From Parcubacteria group bacterium RIFCSPLOWO2_01_FULL_48_18 (GTDB taxonomy: Bacteria; Patescibacteriota; Minisyncoccia; UBA6257; WO2-01-48-18), in the NCBI GenBank assembly GCA_001824435.1, contig MHXH01000013.1:2346-66345 (forward strand): a DNA stretch of 64,000 bases. Direction: 5' to 3'. A program made the position numbers and the translations under genes. The notes under the pieces are model-generated. The model did not search any database. It was not told where the DNA came from and saw only the letters and a program-made list of their open reading frames with translations. Below are positions 39,558 through 48,300 of the stretch, piece after piece (position 1 is the first letter of the stretch; the number at the start of each line of letters is the position of its first letter).

Positions 39558-42500
39558 ATGAGTAAGTTGTCCAATAAGATTACTTCAGTAACTCTTTCGC
39601 TGACAACTGCGGTATGGCTTTCCGGAGCTGCTATGTTGGTGCCGGTTGCGCACGGACAATCTGTTGATGAGTTGCAGGCTCAAATTTCGGCCTTGCTGGC
39701 TCAAATTCAGACGCTCCAGTCGCAGCTTACCACTCTTCAGGGCGACAGTCCTGCTCCTTCTCTGCCTTCGTTTACCAGCGACCTCACCGTTGGTTCGAAA
39801 GGCGATGCAGTGAGCAATCTGCAAACATTCTTGAAGAATGAAGGCGCCGACGTGTATCCGGAAGGATTGGTGACCGGCTACTTTGGTTCTTTGACCAAGG
39901 CCGCTGTCATGCGCTACCAAGACAAGTACGCTGACGCGGTTTTGGCTCCATTGGGCCTTTCGAGCGGAACCGGTTACTTTGGCGCAGGAACGCGGGCGCA
40001 TGTCAACTCTCGGTTAGCGGTGGCAACGCCGCCTCCGTCGGTGACTCCGCCTCCGTCAACGACGCCTCCTCCTTCCGTAACGCCGCCTCCAGAAGTTACA
40101 CCGCCTCCGTCAGTTACACCGCCTCCGGCTGCGGCTGCAGGATTAACGGTTGCGCTCGATTCGGGAAATCCTTCGGGCTCAACCCTTGTGGCTGATTTAA
40201 CCAGCGGGCAAGGTGCGCAGGTGTTGGCAGAAGTATTGCGGCTTAAACTCACGAATGGCGATGCGTCTGATGCGAAAGTCACCTCGCTTAAACTCCATCG
40301 GATCGGCGTAAGCGCGGACAGCGATTTCGCCAACGCCTATCTCTATGATGGCGCGACGCGGCTTTCTGACAGCGCGTCCGTTACGAGCGCGTACTTCACC
40401 TTCTCCAACGCGAACGGTCTTTTCACCGTTCCTGCGGGAGGATCAAAGTCTGTCAGTTTGAAAGTTGATTTGGCCAACGGCGCTACGTCCGGCAAGACAT
40501 TCCAGTTCGGCCTTATGGCCGCCGGAGATGTCACTGCCAATGCCACGGTTAATCTCGCTGCCTCATTCCATGGCAATGAGTTTAGAACCGCGCAGGCGTC
40601 TGACCTCGGCCAGATTACGCTTACCAACCAGAATCCGAGCGGCGCAACCAATGTGGATGCCGGCACGACCAACTATGAAGCCTGGAGATTTAGCGCGCAG
40701 GCAACCGACCAGAAAGTGGAGCTTTCTTACTTTAAGTTCACCTTGGTCGGCACAGCCGATTATGACGCGCTTCAGAACTTTAAGCTTCATCTCGATGGCG
40801 TACAGGTTGGTTCTTCAGCGGCCCTCATGAACAGCGACAAAACGCTTGTCTTTGATCTGTCTGGCGCCCCGGTTACAATAAACGCCGGAGTAACCAAACA
40901 GGTATCACTTCGGGCGGATGTCATGAAGGGGTCTGGAAGAACGTTCCGCTTCAGACTCGCGGAAGCAGTTGACGTGGTAGCCAAAGACCTTGGCTATGGC
41001 GTGAACATTAAGGCTAACCAAGCAGATGTGTACACGCTTATTCAGGGCGGCGGAGATACGACGATCAATTCCGGCAGCCTTACGATCACCAAGTCGTCTG
41101 ATTCGCAGTCATCGAACATTGCTTTAACCGCTACTGGCGTGAAACTGGCGACGTTTGATTGGAAAGCGGTCGGCGAAGACATAAAAGTTTCGACCGTTAC
41201 GCTCCAGATCGTTGACGGCGCCAACTCCTTCACCAACATCAGAAACGTGAAGCTGTTGGCTGACGGATTGCAGGTGGGTACGACCGCGGCAACCGTTGCG
41301 GTTGACACCAACCAAGCGTTCAGCGCAGGAAGCTCGTTCGTCATTAAGGCCGGTACCACGAAGAAATTGGATGTCTATGCAGACGTTCAGTCTGCCTCTG
41401 GCGCAGCCGATGCAATGGCTGGCAGCGATACCTTTACGGTTCGCTTGATAGCAGGCTCGGCAAATGCCTTACGGCAGAGCGCAGGTACTACCCTTGATGC
41501 CCCGGGCTCCAATGCTGATGGCAATTCATTAACGGTATCTGCCGGCACTGTTTCAGGCACGCTCAACAGCTCGATTGCAAATATGACCGTTGTTGAGAAT
41601 GCGCAGAATCAGCTTGTCGGTTCGTGGCTTTTGACAGCTCCAACCGAGCAGGCAGTTGATGTTACGTCGCTCACGCTTATCGACCGAAATAACGGCGACA
41701 GCGCCAATGCGGCGTATGGCCTTGGCGGTCCGTTGGATGCCCTCGTTCTCAAGAGCGGAGGCACGCAGTACGGCCAGACCATCAATTCGCCCTCTACTGT
41801 TTCGGGCACAACGCAAGTGTTTAACCTGTCCACTCCTTTGAGGGTGAACGCCGGCCAGTCGATTCAGATAGATTTGTATGCCAACATTTTGAGCAATGCA
41901 AACGCTCGCTGGACCGACACTGACCGCGTACGGGTAAGCACGCTTACTGCGACGGGCATTGTGACCAACAGCTCCGTGTCATTAGCCGCTGCCGTAAACG
42001 GTCAAGCAGTGACTGTTTCAACCGGCGCGGTATTGACCATGGCGAACGAAGTATCGCCGACCATGCCTACTGCAGGCTGGCTGGTTTCCGGAGATACGGG
42101 AGTCACGCTGGCTGCTTGGAAGTTCTCTGCCGACAATACGGAAGATGTTAAAGTTACCAGAGTCCAGGTTCTTGAAGATGGAACCGACGACTTGCCCGGT
42201 AATGCCAAGAACATCAAGCTGTATGTCGACGGAGTCCAGGTGGGCTCGACCGTGCCTGCGGTTACCAATGGCTCTAGCAACACCGCTTTGTTTGAGAACA
42301 CCACCGCAGGTCTCTTCACTGTTCCTCGTAACAGCAACAAGACCCTCGTGTTGAAGGTAGACCTTACTGACAATACGAACGCGACGTTCTCAGCCGACGG
42401 CTCAGACTTGAGGGGCAACCTCAATGTGACGAGCGGTGCAGCAACAGCTACGACCAATGTTTCCGCAAAAGGCGCAACCTCCGGTGCGTTTGCAACCCTG

Positions 42501-43061
42501 GCTGCCGGCGTAGGAGCCGACCATCAGGGGAACAACTTCAAGGTTGTAAAGACCCGACCGGTCTTCGCGCTGTGCGAGACAGAAGGTTCTGGCTGCGCTG
42601 CGGTAACCTCGGGTGAAACCCTGGTTCCTGGTACTGTGGAAGTATTCAGGTTTAGCGTCACTGCCCACTCGGCAGAAGATGTCGTCTTTAACGGCACGAA
42701 CCACAACTTGCGGCTCACCGTCACCGGTGCTCCGTCTGCGGCGACTGCCTACAACTTCGACCTCTATGATGCTTCTACCAACACCACGGTAGCGACCCAG
42801 GTTGCTACGGCGACTGCCTCGGGCGGTTTCGTGGACTTCTCTACGGTGAACACCACGGTTCCGAAAGGCACGACCAAGACGTACTATGTCAAGGCTGCAC
42901 TCAATAACTTCAGCGCGATAGGTAACTCCTTCCAGCTGTCGCTTAAGAATGCGGCTGCAGACGTGTCGTTTAGCGATGGCACCGCAAGCGCTGATCTCTC
43001 GGCTGCCAACTTTGTCGGCTGGGGTCTGCCGCTCGATGGTGAAACGCTGGTCAAGCCATAA
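39558..43061 (+). CDS. giant secreted surface protein: signal peptide, peptidoglycan-binding domain, Pro-rich linker, ~5 tandem beta-rich repeat domains
   Basis: SP MSKLSNKITSVTLSLTTAVWLSGAAMLVPVAHG. PG_binding_1-like segment (GSKGDAVSNLQTFLKNEGADVYPEGLVTGYFGSLTKAAVMRYQ). (T/V)PPPS x5 linker. Recurring ~190-aa units each containing xKLxxDG(V/L)QVG(S/T). Confidence 0.7.
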   Translation: MSKLSNKITSVTLSLTTAVWLSGAAMLVPVAHGQSVDELQAQISALLAQIQTLQSQLTTLQGDSPAPSLPSFTSDLTVGSKGDAVSNLQTFLKNEGADVYPEGLVTGYFGSLTKAAVMRYQDKYADAVLAPLGLSSGTGYFGAGTRAHVNSRLAVATPPPSVTPPPSTTPPPSVTPPPEVTPPPSVTPPPAAAAGLTVALDSGNPSGSTLVADLTSGQGAQVLAEVLRLKLTNGDASDAKVTSLKLHRIGVSADSDFANAYLYDGATRLSDSASVTSAYFTFSNANGLFTVPAGGSKSVSLKVDLANGATSGKTFQFGLMAAGDVTANATVNLAASFHGNEFRTAQASDLGQITLTNQNPSGATNVDAGTTNYEAWRFSAQATDQKVELSYFKFTLVGTADYDALQNFKLHLDGVQVGSSAALMNSDKTLVFDLSGAPVTINAGVTKQVSLRADVMKGSGRTFRFRLAEAVDVVAKDLGYGVNIKANQADVYTLIQGGGDTTINSGSLTITKSSDSQSSNIALTATGVKLATFDWKAVGEDIKVSTVTLQIVDGANSFTNIRNVKLLADGLQVGTTAATVAVDTNQAFSAGSSFVIKAGTTKKLDVYADVQSASGAADAMAGSDTFTVRLIAGSANALRQSAGTTLDAPGSNADGNSLTVSAGTVSGTLNSSIANMTVVENAQNQLVGSWLLTAPTEQAVDVTSLTLIDRNNGDSANAAYGLGGPLDALVLKSGGTQYGQTINSPSTVSGTTQVFNLSTPLRVNAGQSIQIDLYANILSNANARWTDTDRVRVSTLTATGIVTNSSVSLAAAVNGQAVTVSTGAVLTMANEVSPTMPTAGWLVSGDTGVTLAAWKFSADNTEDVKVTRVQVLEDGTDDLPGNAKNIKLYVDGVQVGSTVPAVTNGSSNTALFENTTAGLFTVPRNSNKTLVLKVDLTDNTNATFSADGSDLRGNLNVTSGAATATTNVSAKGATSGAFATLAAGVGADHQGNNFKVVKTRPVFALCETEGSGCAAVTSGETLVPGTVEVFRFSVTAHSAEDVVFNGTNHNLRLTVTGAPSAATAYNFDLYDASTNTTVATQVATATASGGFVDFSTVNTTVPKGTTKTYYVKAALNNFSAIGNSFQLSLKNAAADVSFSDGTASADLSAANFVGWGLPLDGETLVKP

Positions 43062-43120
43062 GGCACTTTGGTTCTGAATCGATCCCGGTTGTTCTGATTC
43101 TTGTCGGAACTGAACCGGAA

Positions 43121-43156
43121 AAACAGAAAAACCCGCATTCGCGGGTTTTTCTGTTT
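43121..43156. terminator. bidirectional intrinsic terminator (16-bp stem)
   Basis: AAACAGAAAAACCCGC-attc-GCGGGTTTTTCTGTTT is a perfect inverted repeat containing A/T runs. Confidence 0.7.
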
Positions 43157-43335
43157 CAGGACTTACGCAGCTGGGCTTGAAAATCGTGTCCTTCAATTCA
43201 AATCAAAAATCCAGATTTTGAGTCATTCCCTGATTTCAACTGCGTAAGTCCTGTGTTTGAAGAGCCATTCACTCGGAGGGTCATCGATGAAGGGGCACCG
43301 ACGAGAGGCTATCGATTGAAAACCGACTTGAAAAG

Positions 43336-43357
43336 TTATCCACAAAAGTTGTCCACA
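43336..43357 (+). promoter_or_regulatory. two tandem DnaA boxes (TTATCCACA perfect; TTGTCCACA one mismatch)
   Basis: AGTTATCCACAAAAGTTGTCCACA lies immediately upstream of palindrome P1. Confidence 0.45.
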
Positions 43358-43361
43358 TTCT

Positions 43362-43397
43362 ATGCACTAAATTATGCTATAGCATAATTTAGTGCAT
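43362..43397. promoter_or_regulatory. 36-bp perfect palindrome P1 (core ATGCTATAGCAT), putative operator
   Basis: ATGCACTAAATTATGCTATAGCATAATTTAGTGCAT equals its own reverse complement. It is followed by two TATAAT hexamers and then the PaaX-like gene. Confidence 0.6.
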
Positions 43398-43453
43398 TCG
43401 CTATAATAACCGTATCTGTATAATAATCTGTATAGTACCCACAGTTTTTTGTC

Positions 43454-44053
43454 ATGAGACACAAGCCCAGGAAAAATACCAATACCGGAAAAGGCGCGAA
43501 GGGCGTGAAGGTTGTGAGGGAAATTCTCGAAGCGTTGGCTGGCGGCACGGTGATAGGGCTTGTCGCGGCCACTTCGCCTTTTTTTGTGCGCGAGCTTGTG
43601 AAAGGATTTTTAGAGCAGAGGCATTATCAAAAAATGCGCGATGAACAAAAGTATATGTGGGGTTTCCGCTATATCATTTCTCGGGAACTTATTGAGATGA
43701 AAGAAGCAGATGGCATGGTAACAGTGGTATTAACTGCAAAGGGAGAAAAGCGTGTTCTCCGTTACAACCTTGAAGAAATGAAATTGAAAAAATCCGCCAG
43801 TTGGGATCACAAATGGCGCATTGTTATTTATGACGTTCCCAGCGATAAACGGACTGCCCGAAACGCGCTGAATGAATATATGAAGCGCTTGGGATTTTAT
43901 CGCCTGCAAAAAAGCGTTTGGATATATCCTTATGAATGTCGGGATGAAATTGATTTTGTTTCCTCTGTTTTTGAGGTAAGAGAATACTGTCTTTATATCA
44001 CCGCCAACCGCTTTGAATACGATAAGGTCCTTACCGTGTTTTTTAAACTGTAG
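43454..44053 (+). CDS. PaaX-family-like putative transcriptional regulator (N-terminal wHTH + C-terminal PaaX_C/Cas2-like domain)
   Basis: 199 aa. The N-terminus FRYIISRELIEMKEADGMVTVVLTAKGEKRV looks like a wHTH wing. Then WDHKWRIVIYDVPSDKRTARNALNEYMKRLGFYRLQKSVWIYP matches the PaaX WDGKW...GFG..S pattern and the Cas2 [VI]YDV..KR..(17)..R.Q.SV(F/W) pattern. Confidence 0.55.
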   Translation: MRHKPRKNTNTGKGAKGVKVVREILEALAGGTVIGLVAATSPFFVRELVKGFLEQRHYQKMRDEQKYMWGFRYIISRELIEMKEADGMVTVVLTAKGEKRVLRYNLEEMKLKKSASWDHKWRIVIYDVPSDKRTARNALNEYMKRLGFYRLQKSVWIYPYECRDEIDFVSSVFEVREYCLYITANRFEYDKVLTVFFKL

Positions 44054-44195
44054 GAAGCCCCAGCTCCTTAAAATTATTTGTTTCTCCGCGCGAATACCCC
44101 GCGGCTTGCCGCGGGGATGAGCGCGGCTAAGAAACAAATAAAATAAAATACCACGCCGTGAACAGCTGTGGTCACAATAGACTTTTATTTCACCC

Positions 44196-44258
44196 TCTCT
44201 TGTATATTCTTCCTTTCTTGTATTCTTCTCTTGTATTCTTTCTGTATTTGTTTGTATA
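44196..44258 (+). repeat. iteron-like direct repeats (TCTTGTATTCTTC x3, degenerate 4th)
   Basis: CTCTTGTATATTCTTCCTTTCTTGTATTCTTCTCTTGTATTCTTTCTGTATTTGTTTGTATA lies immediately upstream of palindrome P2. Confidence 0.55.
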
Positions 44259-44288
44259 CACCAAATTATGCTATAGCATAATTTGGTG
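44259..44288. promoter_or_regulatory. 30-bp perfect palindrome P2 (core ATGCTATAGCAT)
   Basis: CACCAAATTATGCTATAGCATAATTTGGTG. Confidence 0.6.
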
Positions 44289-44295
44289 CGTAGGT

Positions 44296-44304
44296 TGTGG
44301 ATAA
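44296..44304 (-). promoter_or_regulatory. perfect DnaA box (TGTGGATAA = reverse complement of TTATCCACA) followed by GGATAAT repeats
   Basis: TTGTGGATAATGCGGATAATTTGGACGATTAGGATAATTTTAGG contains three GGATAAT units. ATGGATAAA lies near 44402. Confidence 0.45.
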
Positions 44305-44568
44305 TGCGGATAATTTGGACGATTAGGATAATTTTAGGAGTGATTTCTGGAAAAGAAATTTGGCAGAAATATGCCAGGAATATTCAGGTTTACCAACCGC
44401 ATGGATAAATTTTTTACCCGCGCATTAAAAAACTCCTGCCGGAATGTGGAAGGATGAATGGTTAAGTATGGCAAGGCTTTTGCTGCGGGATTTCGCCCCA
44501 CGAAAATTTACCAGAGATAAGAGGGTTATGGCTGTGGGGTCGTGGAGTTTTATTTTACGCACTAAATT

Positions 44569-44600
44569 ATGCTATAGCATAGTTTAGTGTATAAACGTGG
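44569..44600. promoter_or_regulatory. 32-bp near-palindrome P3 (core ATGCTATAGCAT, 2 mismatches to P1)
   Basis: GCACTAAATTATGCTATAGCATAGTTTAGTGT lies about 160 bp upstream of the 44760 gene. Confidence 0.55.
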
Positions 44601-44759
44601 GGGTAACGTGGGAGGGGTCATTGACAAAAAATTGTTGCTCGATTACAATGGGAGCATTGTTGATTGTCCTTGATTTTGAGATAAACGCAATCGAAAAATC
44701 TTAGAAAAATTTTATAGAAATTTCATCTCGGTTTAGCTACAATATCACCATTCTTCATT

Positions 44760-45350
44760 ATGGAAGGCGGAGCAAATAAAAACCCCGAACCAACAGAGAT
44801 TTCGCAACCTCCGCGCGAAAAACAATACAAGAGCCATATGGTAAAGTTTATGGCTGTTTTTTTGGCCGTTCTTGTCGGCGGTTTTGGCCTCGTGGGGTTG
44901 TATTCGGGATATATGAAGTATCGTGATCAACAACGTGCTGACGAGCAGTCCCAGCGGTACAGGGACGTGGAACAACGTTATATCGAGGCCATGACCGCTG
45001 ACACGCATGGCGGCAAAACCCCGGAGGAAACTTTGAAAATGTTTATTGACGCCTTACGCCGAGAAGATGTTGATTTGGCGAGTAAGTATTTTGCGCTAGA
45101 AACGAGCGAAAAGAACCTTGATGAATATTTAACCAGAAAGAAATGGGAAGTTGCCTTATTACAAGCAAAAAACGAGGGGCGACTAGAGGAGGTTATTAGT
45201 GTTGTTACACGTGCCGTGCCATACACGAGTGGTCAGGCTTACAAAAAAGACTACAAGTTTGCAACATATAAAGAAAATGGCGACCTAGAAGGTTATATAA
45301 ATATGGAGCTTAATACTTTTTCTCAAGTTTGGAAGATAGAAAGTCTATGA
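44760..45350 (+). CDS. hypothetical single-pass membrane-anchored protein with extracytoplasmic domain
   Basis: 196 aa with TM helix FMAVFLAVLVGGFGLVGLY followed by a charged helical domain. It lies immediately upstream of the giant PLC/LTD gene. Confidence 0.45.
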   Translation: MEGGANKNPEPTEISQPPREKQYKSHMVKFMAVFLAVLVGGFGLVGLYSGYMKYRDQQRADEQSQRYRDVEQRYIEAMTADTHGGKTPEETLKMFIDALRREDVDLASKYFALETSEKNLDEYLTRKKWEVALLQAKNEGRLEEVISVVTRAVPYTSGQAYKKDYKFATYKENGDLEGYINMELNTFSQVWKIESL

Positions 45351-45357
45351 CTATTTA

Positions 45358-48300
45358 GTGGTTAGGGGTAGTGGGTTTGAGATTAGAGATTTCATGACTA
45401 TTATTTACAGAAAATTTTTTGTACCCACCGCAGTTATTTTTTTATTTGCAGCCGCAATGCCGGGCACTGCGTTTGCTTATGGAATTGAAACGCATGCGGG
45501 ATTAACGAAAGAAATTATTGGGTTTTACAACAAACATTTTCCCGGAAATCCAATATCCGAAAACTTAAACGATTATCTCATTGACGGCAGTCGGCGCGAA
45601 GACGACCCGCCGCGCTGGTACAATCATTTTTACGATCCAGTGTACAGTCGCGGTCTTGAAAGCAACGTCTATGGCAACGGCCTTGCTTCTAAAAATTGGG
45701 CCCAGAGCGATGAAGAGCAAACAAGGATAAAATACGAACCATTTTTTGCCTCAATTCTTTCTGCGGTTCAGCAATGGAAAATTCAGAAATATCTCCCTGC
45801 TTCGAACTTCAGCTGGAACGAAGCAATCAGATATTGGCTTAACGGAGATAAAGAAATGGCCATGTTTTCGCTCGGCCACGTACTCCATCTTATTGAGGAT
45901 GCGTCAGTGCCGGATCATACGAGAAACGATCCTCACCCGCCGCTTGAAGGAGGAAGTCCGTATGAGGATTGGGCAGAACAATTTAACGCTAGCAATATTG
46001 ATTTAAGAATCTTGCTGAAGGATAGAAAACCGGTGACCGTTGATGTTTTAGATACTTACTTTGAGGAGGTTGCGAAATATTCGAATAACAACTTCTATAG
46101 CGATGACACGATTGGAATTCAAAGCGGATACGAAAAACCAACACCAGTCGATTATAGAAAAGAGAGGCTATTTATTCTTGCCCTTGGTCAGGATGAAGAC
46201 GGCTATATTATATTATTCAAGCAACCGGATACATCAAGCGTACTATTAAAATCACGAAGTGAAATAATTTTTGATGATCCAGAGGTGTTGTTGGCTTACT
46301 GGTCCCGCCTCTCGGTCAAGTCTGTCCAATACGGCTCCGGCGTTATCAATCTTTTCTTTCAGGAAGTTGAGCGTCTCAAAAACGATCCTAATTTCTCGAG
46401 AAAACAAAAACCATCGGCAATCGCAGTTGCGGTAGATACAATAGGCAATGCGGTTGCGGCCGCAGTAGGGGCGGTGGGCGATTTTTTCAGCGGTATTTTT
46501 GAAGACGCTGAGCAAAAAGCTGAACAAGTTTTGTCTCCGAGCGTTGATGTCGGAAATGCCTCATTGGAATCTGTGCAGGTGGACGCTGATGAAGTTGCCG
46601 CAAGCGTACAAGTAATTTCCCAGAATACCAATGAGGAAAATATCGCTGATAGCGCTAACAAGAATACTGGCAGCGATGCAGTTGTTGATGTGTCTTCTGA
46701 TCGGATCGGTGATACCAGCGGCGGTTTTACGCTGATCGATCAAATTCCGCTCGATGATCTTGACGAGAGTGGATTGGCTGACCGCGGTCCTCCTGTTTCC
46801 GGCGCAGTCGATCAAACAACCGGCGTAGCCGATCAAACAACCGATGAAGAATATGCGGGGGACGCCCCTGCCGATCCGATTCAGCTTTGCGGGTTTAACA
46901 CCCGGCAGACGCCGCCTCCAAATCCGAAGATTATCGTCAATGAAGTCGCATGGATGGGAACGTTGACAGCCGCAACTGACGAATGGATCGAGCTTTCTTT
47001 AAGAGCCGGCGAACCAATAGATATTAGCGGCTGGCAGCTTATTGATCAAGGTGAGCAGATCAAGATTTTTATCGAGGCCCCCGTTCTGCTTACTCCGACG
47101 CAAGCGTTTTACCTGCTTGAACGCACTGATGACGACACAGTGCCTAAGATTTCTGCTGATCAGATTTATAGCGGTGCTCTTTCTAATACCAACGAAGCCC
47201 TTCGGCTTTTTGACGCCGATTGTAATTTGGTTGATGAAGTGTTTGCGGCGTCCAATTGGCCTGCCGGAGACGTGAAAGAGCGCAGGACAATGGAGAGGAC
47301 GAGAAACAGTCTTCTCTGGCAGACATACTACGACGAAGAAAATGACAGCAATATACTCGGGACCCCGAGAGCGGTCAATAGCATGCCGCCCAATAGTGGA
47401 GGTTCAAACGGGTCTCAATCGGCTTTGACAAACAATCCACCGTCTCCTCCGCCTCCGCCGAGCGGGTCGTCTCCGCCGCCACCTCCGACTGAAGTTCCGC
47501 CACCCCCACCTCCGCCACCCCCGCCAGCGCCGCAGCAAAATCCTTCATCAAACGTCAGCCACATCGTTATCAGCGAAATCTATGTTGATCGCACTGGCGC
47601 GAACGGAGATTTTGTCGAGCTGTACAATCCAACAGATGCGGCAGTCGATATTTCCGCTTGGTCATTGCAGACGCTTTCCGGCGCTGCCGCCGATTTTTCG
47701 AGTATCAAGAAGAAGAATTTCGAAGCAGGGGATAATATTCCAGCGCTAGGATTTTTACTCGTCGGCATTGATCAATACAGCGGACCGATTACTGCAGACA
47801 TGGCATGGCTCTCCGGCTCGCTGAATAATACCGGCGCCACTGTTTTTTTGGTGAGCGGTACCGGAGTCCTTACATCATCGCAAGACTCAACAATTGTGGA
47901 TATGGTTGGTTATGGTAGCGGCGATGGATTGCATCCGAAAGAAACCGCTCCGGCTGCACTTCCGGCAGTAGGCGAGAGCATCGAACGAAAGGCGTGGAAC
48001 GACATGTGCGTTTCTCCGCAGAACGAAAATGAATACAAGGGCAACGGCTGCGATACCGATAATAACGCAAACGACTTTATAAGCCGGTCAGCGCCAACCC
48101 CTCAGAATACATCCAGCTTGCCGGAGCCGCGCGACGCGCCTGCTGCCGTGAATGATTTTAATGTCACCTTTGATTCCAGCAGCCTCGTGCTGCTTTTTGA
48201 TTGGGGAGATGTTCAAGGTGGCAGTGGTTCGACTACGTTCACCACAGGCGGTCCGCTTACCTACCGTCTTTATTCAGTCAATAGTCCGCCAGTCCTCGTG

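Noticed and set aside
39585-42457. Numerous antisense or alternate-frame ORFs inside the 1167-aa and 1487-aa genes (e.g. 40343..40672, 42002..42457, 46359..46661).
   Set aside because: They are embedded in long, compositionally biased repeat-domain genes on the opposite strand or in another frame. They are typical spurious ORFs from GC/Ala-Thr-Val-rich coding sequence.
43362-44600. Three ~32-bp repeats (P1-P3) that could be mistaken for a CRISPR array.
   Set aside because: Spacing is irregular (about 900 and 310 bp). The repeats are self-palindromic operators, not direct repeats with short unique spacers, and no cas genes are present.
43062-44759. Calling this region the chromosomal oriC.
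   Set aside because: DnaA boxes and iteron-like repeats are present. However, there is no dnaA or dnaN nearby, flanking genes are co-oriented on the plus strand, and I cannot compute GC skew. I report it as an origin-like or regulatory module only.
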